Shown: positions 51,651 through 64,000, counted from the stretch's first letter. The stretch is DNA of 64,000 nucleotides from Eledone cirrhosa (GCA_964016885.1 OZ024740.1:127968001-128032000), one strand, 5' to 3'. Numbers and translations: made by a program. The notes: generated by a model not told the origin, from the sequence alone.

Positions 51651-52759
51651 ACATAGTGAACATATATTTATTACATAAAAATTGTTTAAAACATTAATTT
51701 TGCTGACAGCTATGATGATTTCACTGCTAGGTTTAGGTACTGATTGCATCATTAGATGTGTACATATGCACAATTAGTCAGAAACTGTTTTTTCGTAGAC
51801 TGACAGAGATTACATTCATATATCTAATTAAGCAGTTAAAAATACAAAAAACAAATATCATGAAGTAAGCACAAATTAAACCAGAGCCCAAACCAATAAA
51901 TTAGAATAAGAAAATAAAGATAGAAAAATGTAAATATATGTTAAATATGTATATGTATTTATAATATATGTATTTCCAAACAGATGATCTTTAAATCAGA
52001 ACAATCAGAGAATGTTAAATGCGAGATTGGGATAATAATATAAAGAGATACAATGAATGATTAATAGAGATACAGAGAATGTTCAAAATAATAAGGAAAA
52101 GAGAAGACAAACTTGAGTACAAAAAAGTAAAGAAAGATCGTATACATATTTAGAAGTAGAAATAGAGAAACGGTGGTACAGTAGATGTGAAACATAACTA
52201 AATTTTCGTGGGAAGGAGACACTTTAGTATGTGGTCAAGCGCTAAGTGTTCTCGAGCAGTTGTCCCACTGCTATACCAAATGCTGATTTCCTGTTGCCAT
52301 AACAGTAGCAGCATTAGTCTATTTGTGGATCTCTCAATGTTAACCATGGAACTTCGACTTTGTTATAAGAACACTTTGCTGTTGTATCGATATCGAGATA
52401 AGCACGATTTATGATAATAATTATTTTTATAAAGTGTGTAACATAAGAGTATGAAAATATATGAGCGAATATGAAAACAATTTGTAAATCTACTTGTACT
52501 AATGCAGAAATAATATTTATACTACAAAATAAATATGTTATTGAATTCATATGAGAATGTGCAGAAGTATATGTAAAGAAACAGCGTCAAAATATCTCAA
52601 ACAAAAACCAAGTCGAGTAGTTGGATGATTAGGTTCAAACAGTTACAACGTATATTTTGCAATTGAGGTTGTTATATAATTGTTATATAACTAGTGGTCG
52701 ATCTATTGTCCATATTAGACATAACAATTGTTAAATAGTAATATTATTATCGGTAACAT

Positions 52760-52948
52760 AATAAGGGCGGTGGATTGGCAGTATCGGTGAAGGGTCAGAC
52801 GCCGTGCTTTCCAGCATAGTTACGTCCCTTTACGAACTGAGTTCAAATCCCGCCGAGGTTGAGTTTGCCTTTCATCCTTACGGGGTCGATAAAATAAAGT
52901 ACCAGTAATGCACTGGTTATTGCTGGTCTTGTGCCTAAAGTAGAAACA
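52760..52948 (+). mobile_element. tRNA-derived SINE
   Basis: Same family; 17-bp TSD ATTATTATCGGTAACAT (52743-52759 / 52949-52965). Confidence 0.88.
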
Positions 52949-53127
52949 ATTATTATCGGTAACATTAAGTTGCTCGCATAATTTATGGCATTGCAGTTTT
53001 CTAACATTTCTCGATTTCATTAGTGTATCGTGCCTCGGATACGCACTACTTTATTTAGTATACCTAATGACTGCATTGAGTTCGGAATGTGGTGTAATTT
53101 TTTTAATTAAACGAACACACAAACACA

Positions 53128-53165
<38 letters not shown>

Positions 53166-53312
53166 TATTTTCCGTTGTGTTGTAATATAAATATTACACA
53201 CAGTAGATTATCAGCTCACGTAGAGTTTGCTCGACGGTTCCAGTTGTAGTTGCAAAAGTAATCCGGAGAAAAATAGAAAGATTTGAATGGATACAGTTTA
53301 GTTGAAAGGAAT

Positions 53313-53432
53313 TTATTGACACGTGTTTCTATAACAGTTACATAACCTAAAACAGCTGCTATCTACAAACTTTTAGTTATGCAGACATTCAATATTTCAA
53401 TGTTATTATTTACTGTCATTTCATCAGAATAA
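53313..53432 (-). ncRNA. Penelope hammerhead ribozyme motif, copy 1
   Basis: Reverse complement of 59106-59222 with a 3-nt insertion in the stem II loop. Confidence 0.75.
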
Positions 53433-54044
53433 TATTACTGAGGACCTATTTAGTTTTTATAGAGAATATTAGGAGGGAGGGGTGAAGTTGTTAGAAGAAT
53501 AGTTGAAGGAGTGGTTTTTCGATAGCAGTGAGAATTCTTGGTGGCAGTGAGTAATTAGATTCCCATCTGTTGTTTTGACATTTTTTATAGAATATATTAT
53601 TGGTTATTTTTCTAAATCTATAGAAGGATTAGAGATAGTAAAGATATGCGTGGTTGGTTTTGTGTTTGCACTTAATTAACATTCAGACTTAAATTTTTCT
53701 TTCAAGCGTACGTATCCTTTCACCCACGCATTCACAAACAAATATATTTGCACACCTCTACAAAATACATATACTCACAATTCACATATTCATACTTACA
53801 TATATATACACATGCATACACATATATATACACACATGTATTCATGTACATACATACGCGCTCATGTGTATACATTTTCATACTCAACTTATCTTTATAT
53901 ACACACGTATAGACACACACATATATACATACATACTCTAGTCCATGTGTACACACATACACATACATACACATCCATATACACATATATACATACATAT
54001 ATATATAGAAAGATTTGAATGGATACAGTTTAGTTGAAAGGAAT

Positions 54045-54161
54045 TTATTGACACGTGTTTCTATAACAGTTACATAACCTAAAACAGCTATCTACAAACT
54101 TTTAGTTATGCAGACATTCAATATTTCAATGTTATTATTTACTGTCATTTCATCAGAATAA
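54045..54161 (-). ncRNA. Penelope hammerhead ribozyme motif, copy 2
   Basis: Reverse complement of 59106-59222. Confidence 0.75.
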
Positions 54162-54750
54162 TATTACTGAGGACCTATTTAGTTTTTATAGAGAATATTT
54201 GGAGGGAGGGGTGAAGTTGTTAGAAGAATAGTTGAAGGAGTGGTTTTTCGATAGCAGTGAGAATTCTTGGTGGCAGTGAGTAATTAGATTCCCATCTGTT
54301 GTTTTGACATTTTTTTATAGAATATATTATTGGTTATTTTTCTAAATCTATAGAAGGATTAGAGATAGTAAAGATATGCGTGGTTGGTTTTGTGTTTGCA
54401 CTTAATTAACATTCAGACTTAAATTTTTCTTTCAAGTGTACGTATCCTTTCACCCACGCATTCACACAAATATATTTGCACACCTCTACAAAATACATAT
54501 ACTCACAATTCACATATTCATACTTACATATATATACACATGCATACACATATATATACACACATGTATTCATGTACATACATACGCGCTCATGTGTATA
54601 CATTTTCATACTCAACTTATCTTTATATACACACGTATAGACACACACATATATACATACATACTCTAGTCCATGTGTACACACATACACATACATACAC
54701 ATCCATATACACATATATACATACACATATATATACATATATTTATACAC

Positions 54751-54791
<41 letters not shown>

Positions 54792-55114
54792 CATACATAC
54801 ATATATATACATATACACATACATACATATATATATATATATATAAGCACTTTAATACATGAATACACTTACATCTAACTATACACATCAAACATATATA
54901 TATATTTACTTATTTATATACATTTTCACATATATATACATACTTATGGACGTTTTTAGACACATTCATTATCGCATATTTGTACCTATTCTTATCAGCA
55001 TATCTTTTCATTATTAGTATGGTAATTTAAGGTTATTAATATATGTTGAGAAGAGATTGTTTTTATATTTTTCTAACTAGATTAAGGTTTATATAGTTGG
55101 GGGATGTCCCTCTT

Positions 55115-57020
55115 TTATGTAATATTCGGCTTGTAGTGGGAAAAAAGGGTTTTAGTTCTGTGACGGCAGAATAATGTTCGTTCAATTCTGTTATTCAGCA
55201 GTTTCTTCTTGTGTGTGATTATGTAATAAATCTCAAGATTACACAATTTGCAGAAATTTTGGCTCCTGGAAAAGCTTTGGGTTTTAGCTAATTTTTCCCA
55301 TTTTAGGGTAAACTTTTGGTCGCTATCCCTGAGCGTCGAAGCTTTTTCTGCTAAAGTTGTTACATTTCTTTGGCTCTGGTGTTTTATTGAGTAAGAATGC
55401 CTATACAATCGAGATTTAAACGATGTTGCCGTTGATCCCACGTAATACCACTCGTTGCCTCCGGATTTAATGGTACACTTATAAATAATATTTTTTTCCA
55501 GGTAGTTATTGCCGAGGGGGCAGTTGTCAGGATAGGTGCAGTTACAGTTGTGTACGTTGGGTTTTCTCTGGAGTAGTATTGCGGACGAACTTAGGTGTGG
55601 TTTATTTATGTTCTGTAGTGTATTGTCTACTGTTTTTTTTGTGTTCTTTGTACTTAAGTTCTTAGTGTTTTCGTTTAACCTTCTAGTATTGATCTTTTTT
55701 ATGTGTTGTTCAAGGTTTAACGCTGTAGAGTATGACAGTCTTATAGTGGTAGGGTTTAGGATTTTGTGGTATTTGTGTGATGTGGGAAAATGTCTTTTAA
55801 TTATTTTAAAGAAGAGTACTGGTAAATTTGTACTAATGGAGCTATTGTATTCGGGGTTATACCATAAGTACTCTTTGCATCGCTTTCTATTAGTTTTGTT
55901 TGTTGGTTTACTGGTGTGCATACTATGGTAGTAAGTGTGGTTTGGTGTTGTGTTATTATATCTACCTATGTGGGATTTATTTTGGGTGTTTTGATTGTTC
56001 CCATCTATGTACTCTATTTTGTTGAGGTAGCCTGCTTTACTAAGGGCGTTATCGTAGTACTCGGCGTGTTCCTTAAATACTTGTATGTTAGAAGATAGAC
56101 CCGAGATTCTAAGGGAAATATTTTTAGGGATAGATTTAATTATAGAGATGGGGTGGTTAGACCCAACATTTACGTATTTGAGATTTTCATTCAATTTATG
56201 AAACGGTTTAATCAAACCAGAGTTTAAATTGAGTGTGACATCCAGGAAGTTAACTACTTTAAGGTTGTATTCATATGTTATAGTTAGTCCTATTTCGAGT
56301 AGTAGTTTTCTTATATCTTTGCGTAGTTTTTCTAGTTTTTGGTTATTAAGGTTTTTAGCTAGGAGGAGAACATCGTCGCGGTATATTCCGCCGTGGAGAT
56401 TGCTGAATTTTTCCTGGAGTCTAAAGGCGATAAATAACCCCACAATATCAGTTATTTCCGCCGAATCGTTAGAGCCCATTGTTATGTCAAAGTTAGAGGG
56501 TCTATCTTTACGTACCCAATAACTGTTCTCAAATTTGACTATAGTTTTCCTAGCTTCTAATATAATCTTAATTTCATCGTTTGTAAGGTCAGAGTTATCC
56601 TTAGCAAACTTAATGGCTCTATTCAAAGTTTCAGGTGATATCGATGAGTAATATTCATCGATATCAAACTGGATAAACTTAGATTTATTCTTATTGCTAA
56701 TGCTATTAAACCATCTTATTGCTTCTTGGGTCTTCCCCCAGAGTTTAATGTTAACCTTAGCCTTAATTTGGGGGATGATTCTATCTAAGATATATTTGCT
56801 TATTTTACCTATATCTGATTTAGAGGGGCAGATTAATCTAATTTTAGGGTCATTATCAAAGTTTACCTTGTGGTCCTTAAGATTGAAGGTGGGTACCGCC
56901 GGTAAGAGTGGTCCTGTCCTATCTTCGATTCCGAGATTTTTCACTATTTCGCATGCCTCATCATTGATGTGCTTAAGGGTTACTTCACTCGTTTTTCTAT
57001 ATTTTTTATGTAATTCTTTT
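55115..57020 (-). pseudogene. Penelope-like RT + GIY-YIG endonuclease ORF, open but 5'-truncated
   Basis: KIRLICPSKSDIGKISK, FIQFDIDEYYSSI, MGSNDSAEI, GIYRDD, FLDV, CNC-x4-CPL linker, IIYKC..YVGST..FKSR, CKLC..E..LLN..CRH. The frame stays open upstream of 56944 to the inversion junction. Confidence 0.9.
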
Positions 57021-57042
57021 CGAATTCTTTTCGAATTTAATC

Positions 57043-58154
57043 AAACTCTGGTTTGATTAAACCGTTTCATAAATTGAATGAAAATCTCAAATACGTAAAT
57101 GTTGGGTCTAACCACCCCATCTCTATAATTAAATCTATCCCTAAAAATATTTCCCTTAGAATCTCGGGTCTATCTTCTAACATACAAGTATTTAAGGAAC
57201 ACGCCGAGTACTACGATAACGCCCTTAGTAAAGCAGGCTACCTCAACAAAATAGAGTACATAGATGGGAACAATCAAAACACCCAAAATAAATCCCACAT
57301 AGGTAGATATAATAACACAACACCAAACCACACTTACTACCATAGTATGCACACCAGTAAACCAACAAACAAAACTAATAGAAAGCGATGCAAAGAGTAC
57401 TTATGGTATAACCCCGAATACAATAGCTCCATTAGTACAAATTTACCAGTACTCTTCTTTAAAATAATTAAAAGACATTTTCCCACATCACACAAATACC
57501 ACAAAATCCTAAACCCTACCACTATAAGACTGTCATACTCTACAGCGTTAAACCTTGAACAACACATAAAAAAGATCAATACTAGAAGGTTAAACGAAAA
57601 CACTAAGAACTTAAGTACAAAGAACACAAAAAAAACAGTAGACAATACACTACAGAACATAAATAAACCACACCTAAGTTCGTCCGCAATACTACTCCAG
57701 AGAAAACCCAACGTACACAACTGTAACTGCACCTATCCTGACAACTGCCCCCTCGGCAATAACTGCCTGGAAAAAAAATATTATTTATAAGTGTACCATT
57801 AAATCCGGAGGCAACGAGTGGTATTACGTGGGATCAACGGCAACATCGTTTAAATCTCGATTGTATAGGCATTCTTACTCAATAAAACACCAGAGCCAAA
57901 GAAATGTAACAACTTTAGCAGAAAAAGCTTCGACGCTCAGGGATAGCGACCAAAAGTTTACCCTAAAATGGGATTAATTAGCTAAAACCCAAAGCTTTTC
58001 CAGGAGCCAAAATTTCTGCAAATTGTGTAATCTTGAGATTTATTACATAATCACACACAAGAAGAAACTGCTGAATAACAGAATTGAACGAACATTATTC
58101 TGCCGTCACAGAACTAAAACCCTTTTTTCCCACTACAAGCCGAATATTACATAA
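57043..58154 (+). pseudogene. Shorter inverted copy of the Penelope ORF (thumb + GIY-YIG)
   Basis: Mirror of 55115-56225, with a +1 A frameshift near 57775 and a TAA near 57976. Confidence 0.88.
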
Positions 58155-58475
58155 AAGAGGGACATCCCCCAACTATATAAACCTTAATCTAGTTAGAAAA
58201 ATATAAAAACAATCTCTTCTCAACATATATTAATAACCTTAAATTACCATACTAATAATGAAAAGATATGCTGATAAGAATAGGTACAAATATGCGATAA
58301 TGAATGTGTCTAAAAACGTCCATAAGTATGTATATATATGTGAAAATGTATATAAATAAGTAAATATATATATATGTTTGATGTGTATAGTTAGATGTAA
58401 GTGTATTCATGTATTAAAGTGCTTATATATATATATATATGTATGTATGTGTATATGTATATATATGTATGTATG

Positions 58476-58516
<41 letters not shown>

Positions 58517-59105
58517 GTGTATATATATATGTATATATATGTGTATGTATATATGTGTATATGGATGTGTATGTATGTGTATGTGTGTACACATGGACTA
58601 GAGTATGTATGTATATATGTGTGTGTCTATACGTGTGTATATAAAGATAAGTTGAGTATGAAAATGTATACACATGAGCGCGTATGTATGTGCATGAATA
58701 CATGTGTGTATATATATGTGTATGCATGTGTATATATATGTAAGTATGAATATGTGAATTGTGAGTATATGTATTTTGTAGAGGTGTGCAAATATATTTG
58801 TGTGAATGCGTGGGTGAAAGGATACGTACACTTGAAAGAAAAATTTAAGTCTGAATGTTAATTAAGTGCAAACACAAAACCAACCACGCATATCTTTACT
58901 ATCTCTAATCCTTCTATAGATTTAGAAAAATAACCAATAATATATTCTATAAAAAAATGTCAAAACAACAGATGGGAATCTAATTACTCACTGCCACCAA
59001 GAATTCTCACTGCTATCGAAAAACCACTCCTTCAACTATTCTTCTAACAACTTCACCCCTCCCTCCAAATATTCTCTATAAAAACTAAATAGGTCCTCAG
59101 TAATA

Positions 59106-59222
59106 TTATTCTGATGAAATGACAGTAAATAATAACATTGAAATATTGAATGTCTGCATAACTAAAAGTTTGTAGATAGCTGTTTTAGGTTATGTAACTG
59201 TTATAGAAACACGTGTCAATAA
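59106..59222 (+). ncRNA. Penelope hammerhead ribozyme motif, copy 3 (long stem II)
   Basis: TTATT-CTGATGA-A-ATGACAGT-(70 nt)-ACTGTTAT-A-GAAA-C-ACGT-G-TC-AATAA. Palindromic loop III; predicted cleavage after C59217. Confidence 0.8.
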
Positions 59223-59373
59223 ATTCCTTTCAACTAAACTGTATCCATTCAAATCTTTCTATTTTTCTCCGGAATACCTTTGGAACTACAACTGGAACCG
59301 TCGAGCAAACTCTACGTGAGCTGATAATCTACTGTGTGTAATATTTATATTACAACACAACGGAAAATACTGT

Positions 59374-59419
<46 letters not shown>

Positions 59420-59424
<5 letters not shown>

Positions 59425-59546
59425 CACTTTAATACATGAATACACTTACATCTAACTATACACATCAAACATATATATATATTTACTTATTTATATACAT
59501 TTTCACATATATATACATACTTATGGACGTTTTTAGACACATTCAT
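59420..59546 (-). repeat. Extra fragment of the Penelope 3' UTR between (TA)n tracts
   Basis: Near-identical direct copy of 54845-54968. Confidence 0.8.
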
Positions 59547-59592
59547 ATATATATATATATATATATATGTAATAAACACCATAAGATTATTA

Positions 59593-59652
59593 TTTCATTT
59601 ACAAGTGGTTTCTTGAAAGAAAACAAATTTGCTTTCAGTCATCAGAATGAAA
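59593..59652 (-). ncRNA. Minimal type-I hammerhead motif
   Basis: TTTCATT-CTGATGA-C-TGAAAG-loop-CTTTCA-A-GAAA-C-CACTT-G-TA-AATGAAA. Mirror copy at 62971-63030. Confidence 0.72.
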
Positions 59653-60081
59653 AGATCCTGGTGTATTTATTGACAGTGGATTTGAAAAACAAAAATATAA
59701 TATATATAAAAGTGAGGCTGGAGGAAGAAGAAGGAAAGGAGAAAAAGTATAATAAATATAAAAGTTGAAAAAAACACACTCACACACACACACGCGCGCA
59801 CACACATACACACACACACACACACACGCACCCACACACACACACATATATATATATATTTTGTTTCTGAATTTGTTTAGCAAGATTCTTTATCTGAAAT
59901 CGTGTGTTGAAACCGACATTGTTATACTTTGGGAGGGTCATGTTGCCAATAAGAAACACACGCACCAGTTGCTTTCACTTCAATTTATTATACATTTATA
60001 AATTTATAAATTTACAAATCTACAAACTTATAAATTTCTGGTTGGTTGGTTGGTTCCACAACCAGATAGTTGTTTATATAT

Positions 60082-60126
60082 AGTCATAGTCCTTTCGTCA
60101 TACACTCTGTGACCTCTTCAGTGACT
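60082..60126 (-). ncRNA. Minimal type-I hammerhead motif
   Basis: AGTCA-CTGAAGA-G-GTCA-CAGAGTGTA-TGAC-GAAA-G-GA-C-TA-TGACT. Confidence 0.65.
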
Positions 60127-60308
60127 GGGGATTCCTTTCTTTGTTTCTGTGCCTTTCCTTTCTTCTGTCCTACGCCATTTTGTTTCGCAACCGGTAAAAA
60201 CTTAAATCTAAAACTGAAACTAACCAATACTTATTACTAATTTATACTTATTCCTAATTAAAATATTTTTCACAGGGAAAAATGTGTCACCATTTTATTT
60301 TCCTTTTG

Positions 60309-60385
<77 letters not shown>

Positions 60386-60538
60386 CACATATTTATACAC
60401 ACATATATATATATAAATATATATATAAAGAATTAGTATATCTACCAACATATGTATACAGATGCATACCTATGCTAGCAAATATATAGGTTTTGTCTTA
60501 GTAACTTTGTAGTTCAATGCAAGGGTAGGCAGAACAAT

Positions 60539-60947
60539 TATATGAAAGACGTTAAATAATAGAATTATGAAAATCAACTTACTTACTAAAATTTCACTCC
60601 AACTAATTAGTTTCTGTAAGGGAATAAATATGGTTACGGAACGTAATCATAGAGAATCCTTACGTCATCATGGAGTCTATTCTCAGCTAAGTTCCCAGGC
60701 AATTCGTGGACAAAGAGAACTCATATGAAAATAATTCAGTGGATGGAAAAAAGCGAGCGGGGACTAAATTCCAGGACATTGAAAAAATTCTCTGCCTAGC
60801 TGAGAATAGACTCCCTGATGACGTAGGGATTCTCTATGATTACGTTCCGTAACCATATGTATTCCCTTACAGAAACTAATTAGTTGGAGTGAAATTTTAG
60901 TAAGTAAGTTGATTTTCATAATTCTCTTATTTTACGTCTTTCATATA
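60539..60947. mobile_element. Fold-back element with ~150-bp arms carrying hammerhead motifs
   Basis: Arms 60539-60690 and 60797-60947, spacer ~105 bp. Confidence 0.85.
60810..60890 (+). ncRNA. Minimal type-I hammerhead motif (intact core)
   Basis: ACTCC-CTGATGA-C-GTAGGGA-...-TCCCTTAC-A-GAAA-C-TAATTA-G-TT-GGAGT, with the 12-nt palindrome AACTAATTAGTT. The mirror copy 60596-60676 has ATGATGA. Confidence 0.75.
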
Positions 60948-60960
60948 AATATATATATAC

Positions 60961-61160
60961 ATAAAGAAAAAAAGATGAAATCGAAAATGCAACTGGTGTC
61001 TTATTTTTATATGTGATAAAAACCACAGACCCTCCATCTCAACTCTACTTTTGAAAAGCAGAAGAACTGCGAAACGGGTAAAGGAACAAAATAAATATAT
61101 ATATTTTTTTTAAAAATAAGACTCCAGTTGCATTTTCGATTTCATCTTTTTTTCTTTATA
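60961..61160. mobile_element. 200-bp fold-back element with U3-A8 hammerhead-like motif
   Basis: ~47-bp inverted ends; internal CTT-TTGAAAA-GCAG-AAGAA-CTGC-GAAA-CGGG-TA-AAG (61048-61083). Confidence 0.65.
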
Positions 61161-61221
61161 CTTTCACTCGTTTAGGACACCTCGTATATTTTTCATTTTG
61201 TAAAAAAATCCTCACTTTCTA

Positions 61222-61314
<93 letters not shown>

Positions 61315-61885
61315 CAGACATAGATACATATATATATGTGCGTACGTATGTATGTGTACGTACTCATGCTTTATTATGTATGTATGTATTTCTTTTTAGA
61401 TTTAGGTTTTTAACTTTTTATAATTATATGTGTGTATGTGGTTGTATGTATTTTTTCTCATGCAGATATGTACGTGAATGTATTTATATGTTTTTAGATA
61501 TATGTATATTCACCTACATTTATATATATGTTCCTATTCGTGTGATTGTGAGTATAAGCAAGCGTATCAATGTGTATGAATATGACTTATATGTGTTTAT
61601 ATGTGCGTGTTTTTTTTATATATATGTGTGTGTATGTATATGTACGTGTGTATATATGTGTTTGCAACTTAATAATAATTTTTATTTTCTTAATTCTTAT
61701 TTTTATATTTTTTATTTTTTTTTATTTTGTATGTGACGGCCTAATTCAGTATATGGTTGTTCATTGATTTTTATTTATTCTTATAATTATATGTGTGTGT
61801 GCGTATGTAGGTATATATCTATATATGTGTGTGCGTATGTATGTATGTATATGTGTGTATGTATGTGTGTGTATGTATGTGTGTA

Positions 61886-62585
61886 TATATGGTCTTTAAA
61901 GCGATGAAATACCAATGAAGGTTGGAAGATCACTGATGAAGGATTAACTTTATTCATATGTAACCCATTTGCAAGCACGCAGCACGTTTGTTTTCATATT
62001 CACACATATTTTCCCCCGCTATGACCCGTCTATTTCGTTCTTACAGCTTCCTCTCTCTCTCTGTATCTTTACCCCCTCTAACAGTCCTTCTCTCTGTTAG
62101 CCTCTTCCTCACACTTCACTCACTCACTCTCTGCTACTACCTCTCCTACTTCCTCCCGTTTGACCTGTGCGTAATTCTTTTCTCGTGCACGCTTGACCAG
62201 GCTGGTTGTTCCTTTTTTCTCTCTTGTCTACGATTTCACAGAACTTATGTTCACCGAATTCAGGGACTAGACTCCTTTTTCCACCCGTTTGACCTGTGCG
62301 GAATTCCTGCCTTGCTCACATTTCGACTAGGTTTGATGGCCTTTATTCTCTCTCGTTCACGATTTCACCGAACTTATATTCATGGAAATCTGGGACTTGA
62401 CTCTTTCTTCCTCACTTTTCGTTGCATTACCATCTTTGTTTGTTTACAGTCTCGCTCGTTCCCCTTATTTACGTGTCCCAACGACTTTCTTTAGCCGTTG
62501 CTCGCACCAACCGGAGGTATATGGTCTTTAAAGCGATGAAATACCAATGAAGGTTGGAAGATCACTGATGAAGGACTAACATTAT
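61886..62585 (+). repeat. ~60-bp direct repeats flanking a CT-rich segment (possible Penelope pseudo-LTR remnant)
   Basis: TATATGGTCTTTAAAGCG...GATCACTGATGAAGGA at 61886-61943 and 62518-62575; internal ~125-bp imperfect repeat. Confidence 0.55.
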
Positions 62586-62643
<58 letters not shown>

Positions 62644-62681
62644 ATGTGTGTGTTTGTGTATTTATGTGTATGTGTATGTAT

Positions 62682-62747
<66 letters not shown>

Positions 62748-62755
62748 AAATATGC

Positions 62756-62842
<87 letters not shown>

Positions 62843-62970
62843 CGTGTGTGTTTTTCTACTTTTATATTTATTATTCTTTTTTTTCTTTCCTTCTTCTTCC
62901 TCCAGCCTCACTTTCATATATATTATATTTTTGTTTTTCAAATCCACTGTCAATAAATACACCAGGATTT

Positions 62971-63030
62971 TTTCATTCTGATGACTGAAAGCAAATTTGT
63001 TTGCATTTAAGAAACCACTTGTAAATGAAA
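62971..63030 (+). ncRNA. Minimal type-I hammerhead motif (mirror of 59593-59652, stem II decayed)
   Basis: TTTCATT-CTGATGA...GAAA-C-CACTT-G-TA-AATGAAA. Confidence 0.6.
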
Positions 63031-63555
63031 TAATTATCTTATGTTGTTTATTACATAACTAATAAGCTCTGTAACCTACATAGAGCACTCTTTTTTCCTG
63101 GACCTTTCCGACGGAATTACTTCATTCACACACACACACACATATATATATATAAACATGTATTCATGCACACACACTCATACATACATACATTAGTCAT
63201 GTGGGTTAAGTTATTTGACAAAGTAAACTCACCACACATCCATCTTTTAACTGGCTTATACCTCTCACGCGATGGACGCATCATTTCACAAGCAAACATG
63301 CAAAATACAAGGGATACTTCTGTCTTCAATATGGTATTGGTAAAAGCACACAAAAGCAAGAAAAATAGCTTTTTACTACGGATTCAAAGTTAATATATTG
63401 ATGAAAATGCTTTCGTTTAAAAAATGACCAATTTCAGCGTACATCATATCCATTAACCTATCGTCTCACGTTTAATGTTGATACAAAGGCACTCTGTACA
63501 CAAATTGAATACACTTACGTTCTTTAATTTACATTCAGTTCCTGGAGTATTAATA

Positions 63556-63742
63556 ATTGTTTCTACTTTAGGCACAAGGCCAGCAATCACCCAGTACATT
63601 ACTGGTACTTTATTTTATCGCCCCCCGTAAGGATGAAAGGCAAAGTTGACCTCGGCGTGATTTGAACTCAGAATGGAAAGGGCGGTAACTCTATGCGTCA
63701 AGGAATGACGTCCAACCCGCTACCCATACTGCCAATCCACCG
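63556..63742 (-). mobile_element. tRNA-derived SINE
   Basis: Same family as 8177, 19166 and 52760; no clear TSD seen. Confidence 0.82.
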
Positions 63743-64000
63743 AATGACGCCTAAACACCGCTCAGTAAAACATCATCATAAAGATGATACTCCGAATATC
63801 TAGAAACTCTAGTGATGAAATTAGGTATTTTGCTACTTCAAACATACTAAAAATTATGAAAGAAATGCAAAAACTTGAATGATGTCGTGATTTCAATATA
63901 ACATCTAAAAAAGTTGTTCGTCATATAGACAAGTAGATACAAGTTTGAGTAAATATGTTTATATGAAAAATTGTTACACTTGGGCACATTCCGTTACTCC

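Larger units (their letters stand above)
53160..59376. mobile_element. Penelope-like element (Naiad-type), two 5'-truncated copies in inverted orientation, inserted in (TA)n
   Basis: Left arm (minus) 53160-~57022 and right arm (plus) 57043-59376 are near identical. Both 3' ends (..AAATACTG) run into (TA)n. The left arm has a ~730-bp tandem duplication of the 3' region. Confidence 0.9.
59566..63057. mobile_element. Fold-back element with ~210-bp arms separated by ~3 kb of nested insertions
   Basis: 59566-59775 is the reverse complement of ~62845-63057, and each arm has a hammerhead motif. Confidence 0.75.

Noticed and set aside
55115-57020. Selenocysteine recoding, reported for some Naiad elements
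   Set aside because: No in-frame TGA in the visible ORF (the 5' part is missing) and no convincing SECIS seen.

Overview
This is AT-rich, microsatellite-dense eukaryotic DNA, probably an invertebrate. The SINE and repeat landscape resembles octopus/cephalopod genomes, but that is inference. No host gene can be called with confidence, and most listed short ORFs are microsatellite or antisense artefacts. The window is built from transposons. (i) A decayed autonomous Helitron (7633-13263) and a non-autonomous relative (6443-7334). (ii) A ~22-kb retrotransposon array (15179-37233) strung on (AAT)n tracts: two Tx1-clade L1-like LINEs on the minus strand (one with both ORFs intact) and five head-to-tail R4/Dong-type RLE LINE copies on the plus strand (one intact). 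(iii) A 6.2-kb palindromic Penelope-like (Naiad-type RT + GIY-YIG) insertion in (TA)n (53160-59376). (iv) tRNA-derived SINEs and RTE remnants. The least obvious signal is about 16 minimal type-I hammerhead-ribozyme-like motifs of several sequence families. They sit near the outer ends of non-coding fold-back elements lodged in (TA)n, and include U3-A8 covariant cores and very long stem II inserts. A conserved candidate 52/53-nt intron could also fuse Tx1 ORF1 in frame to ORF2.
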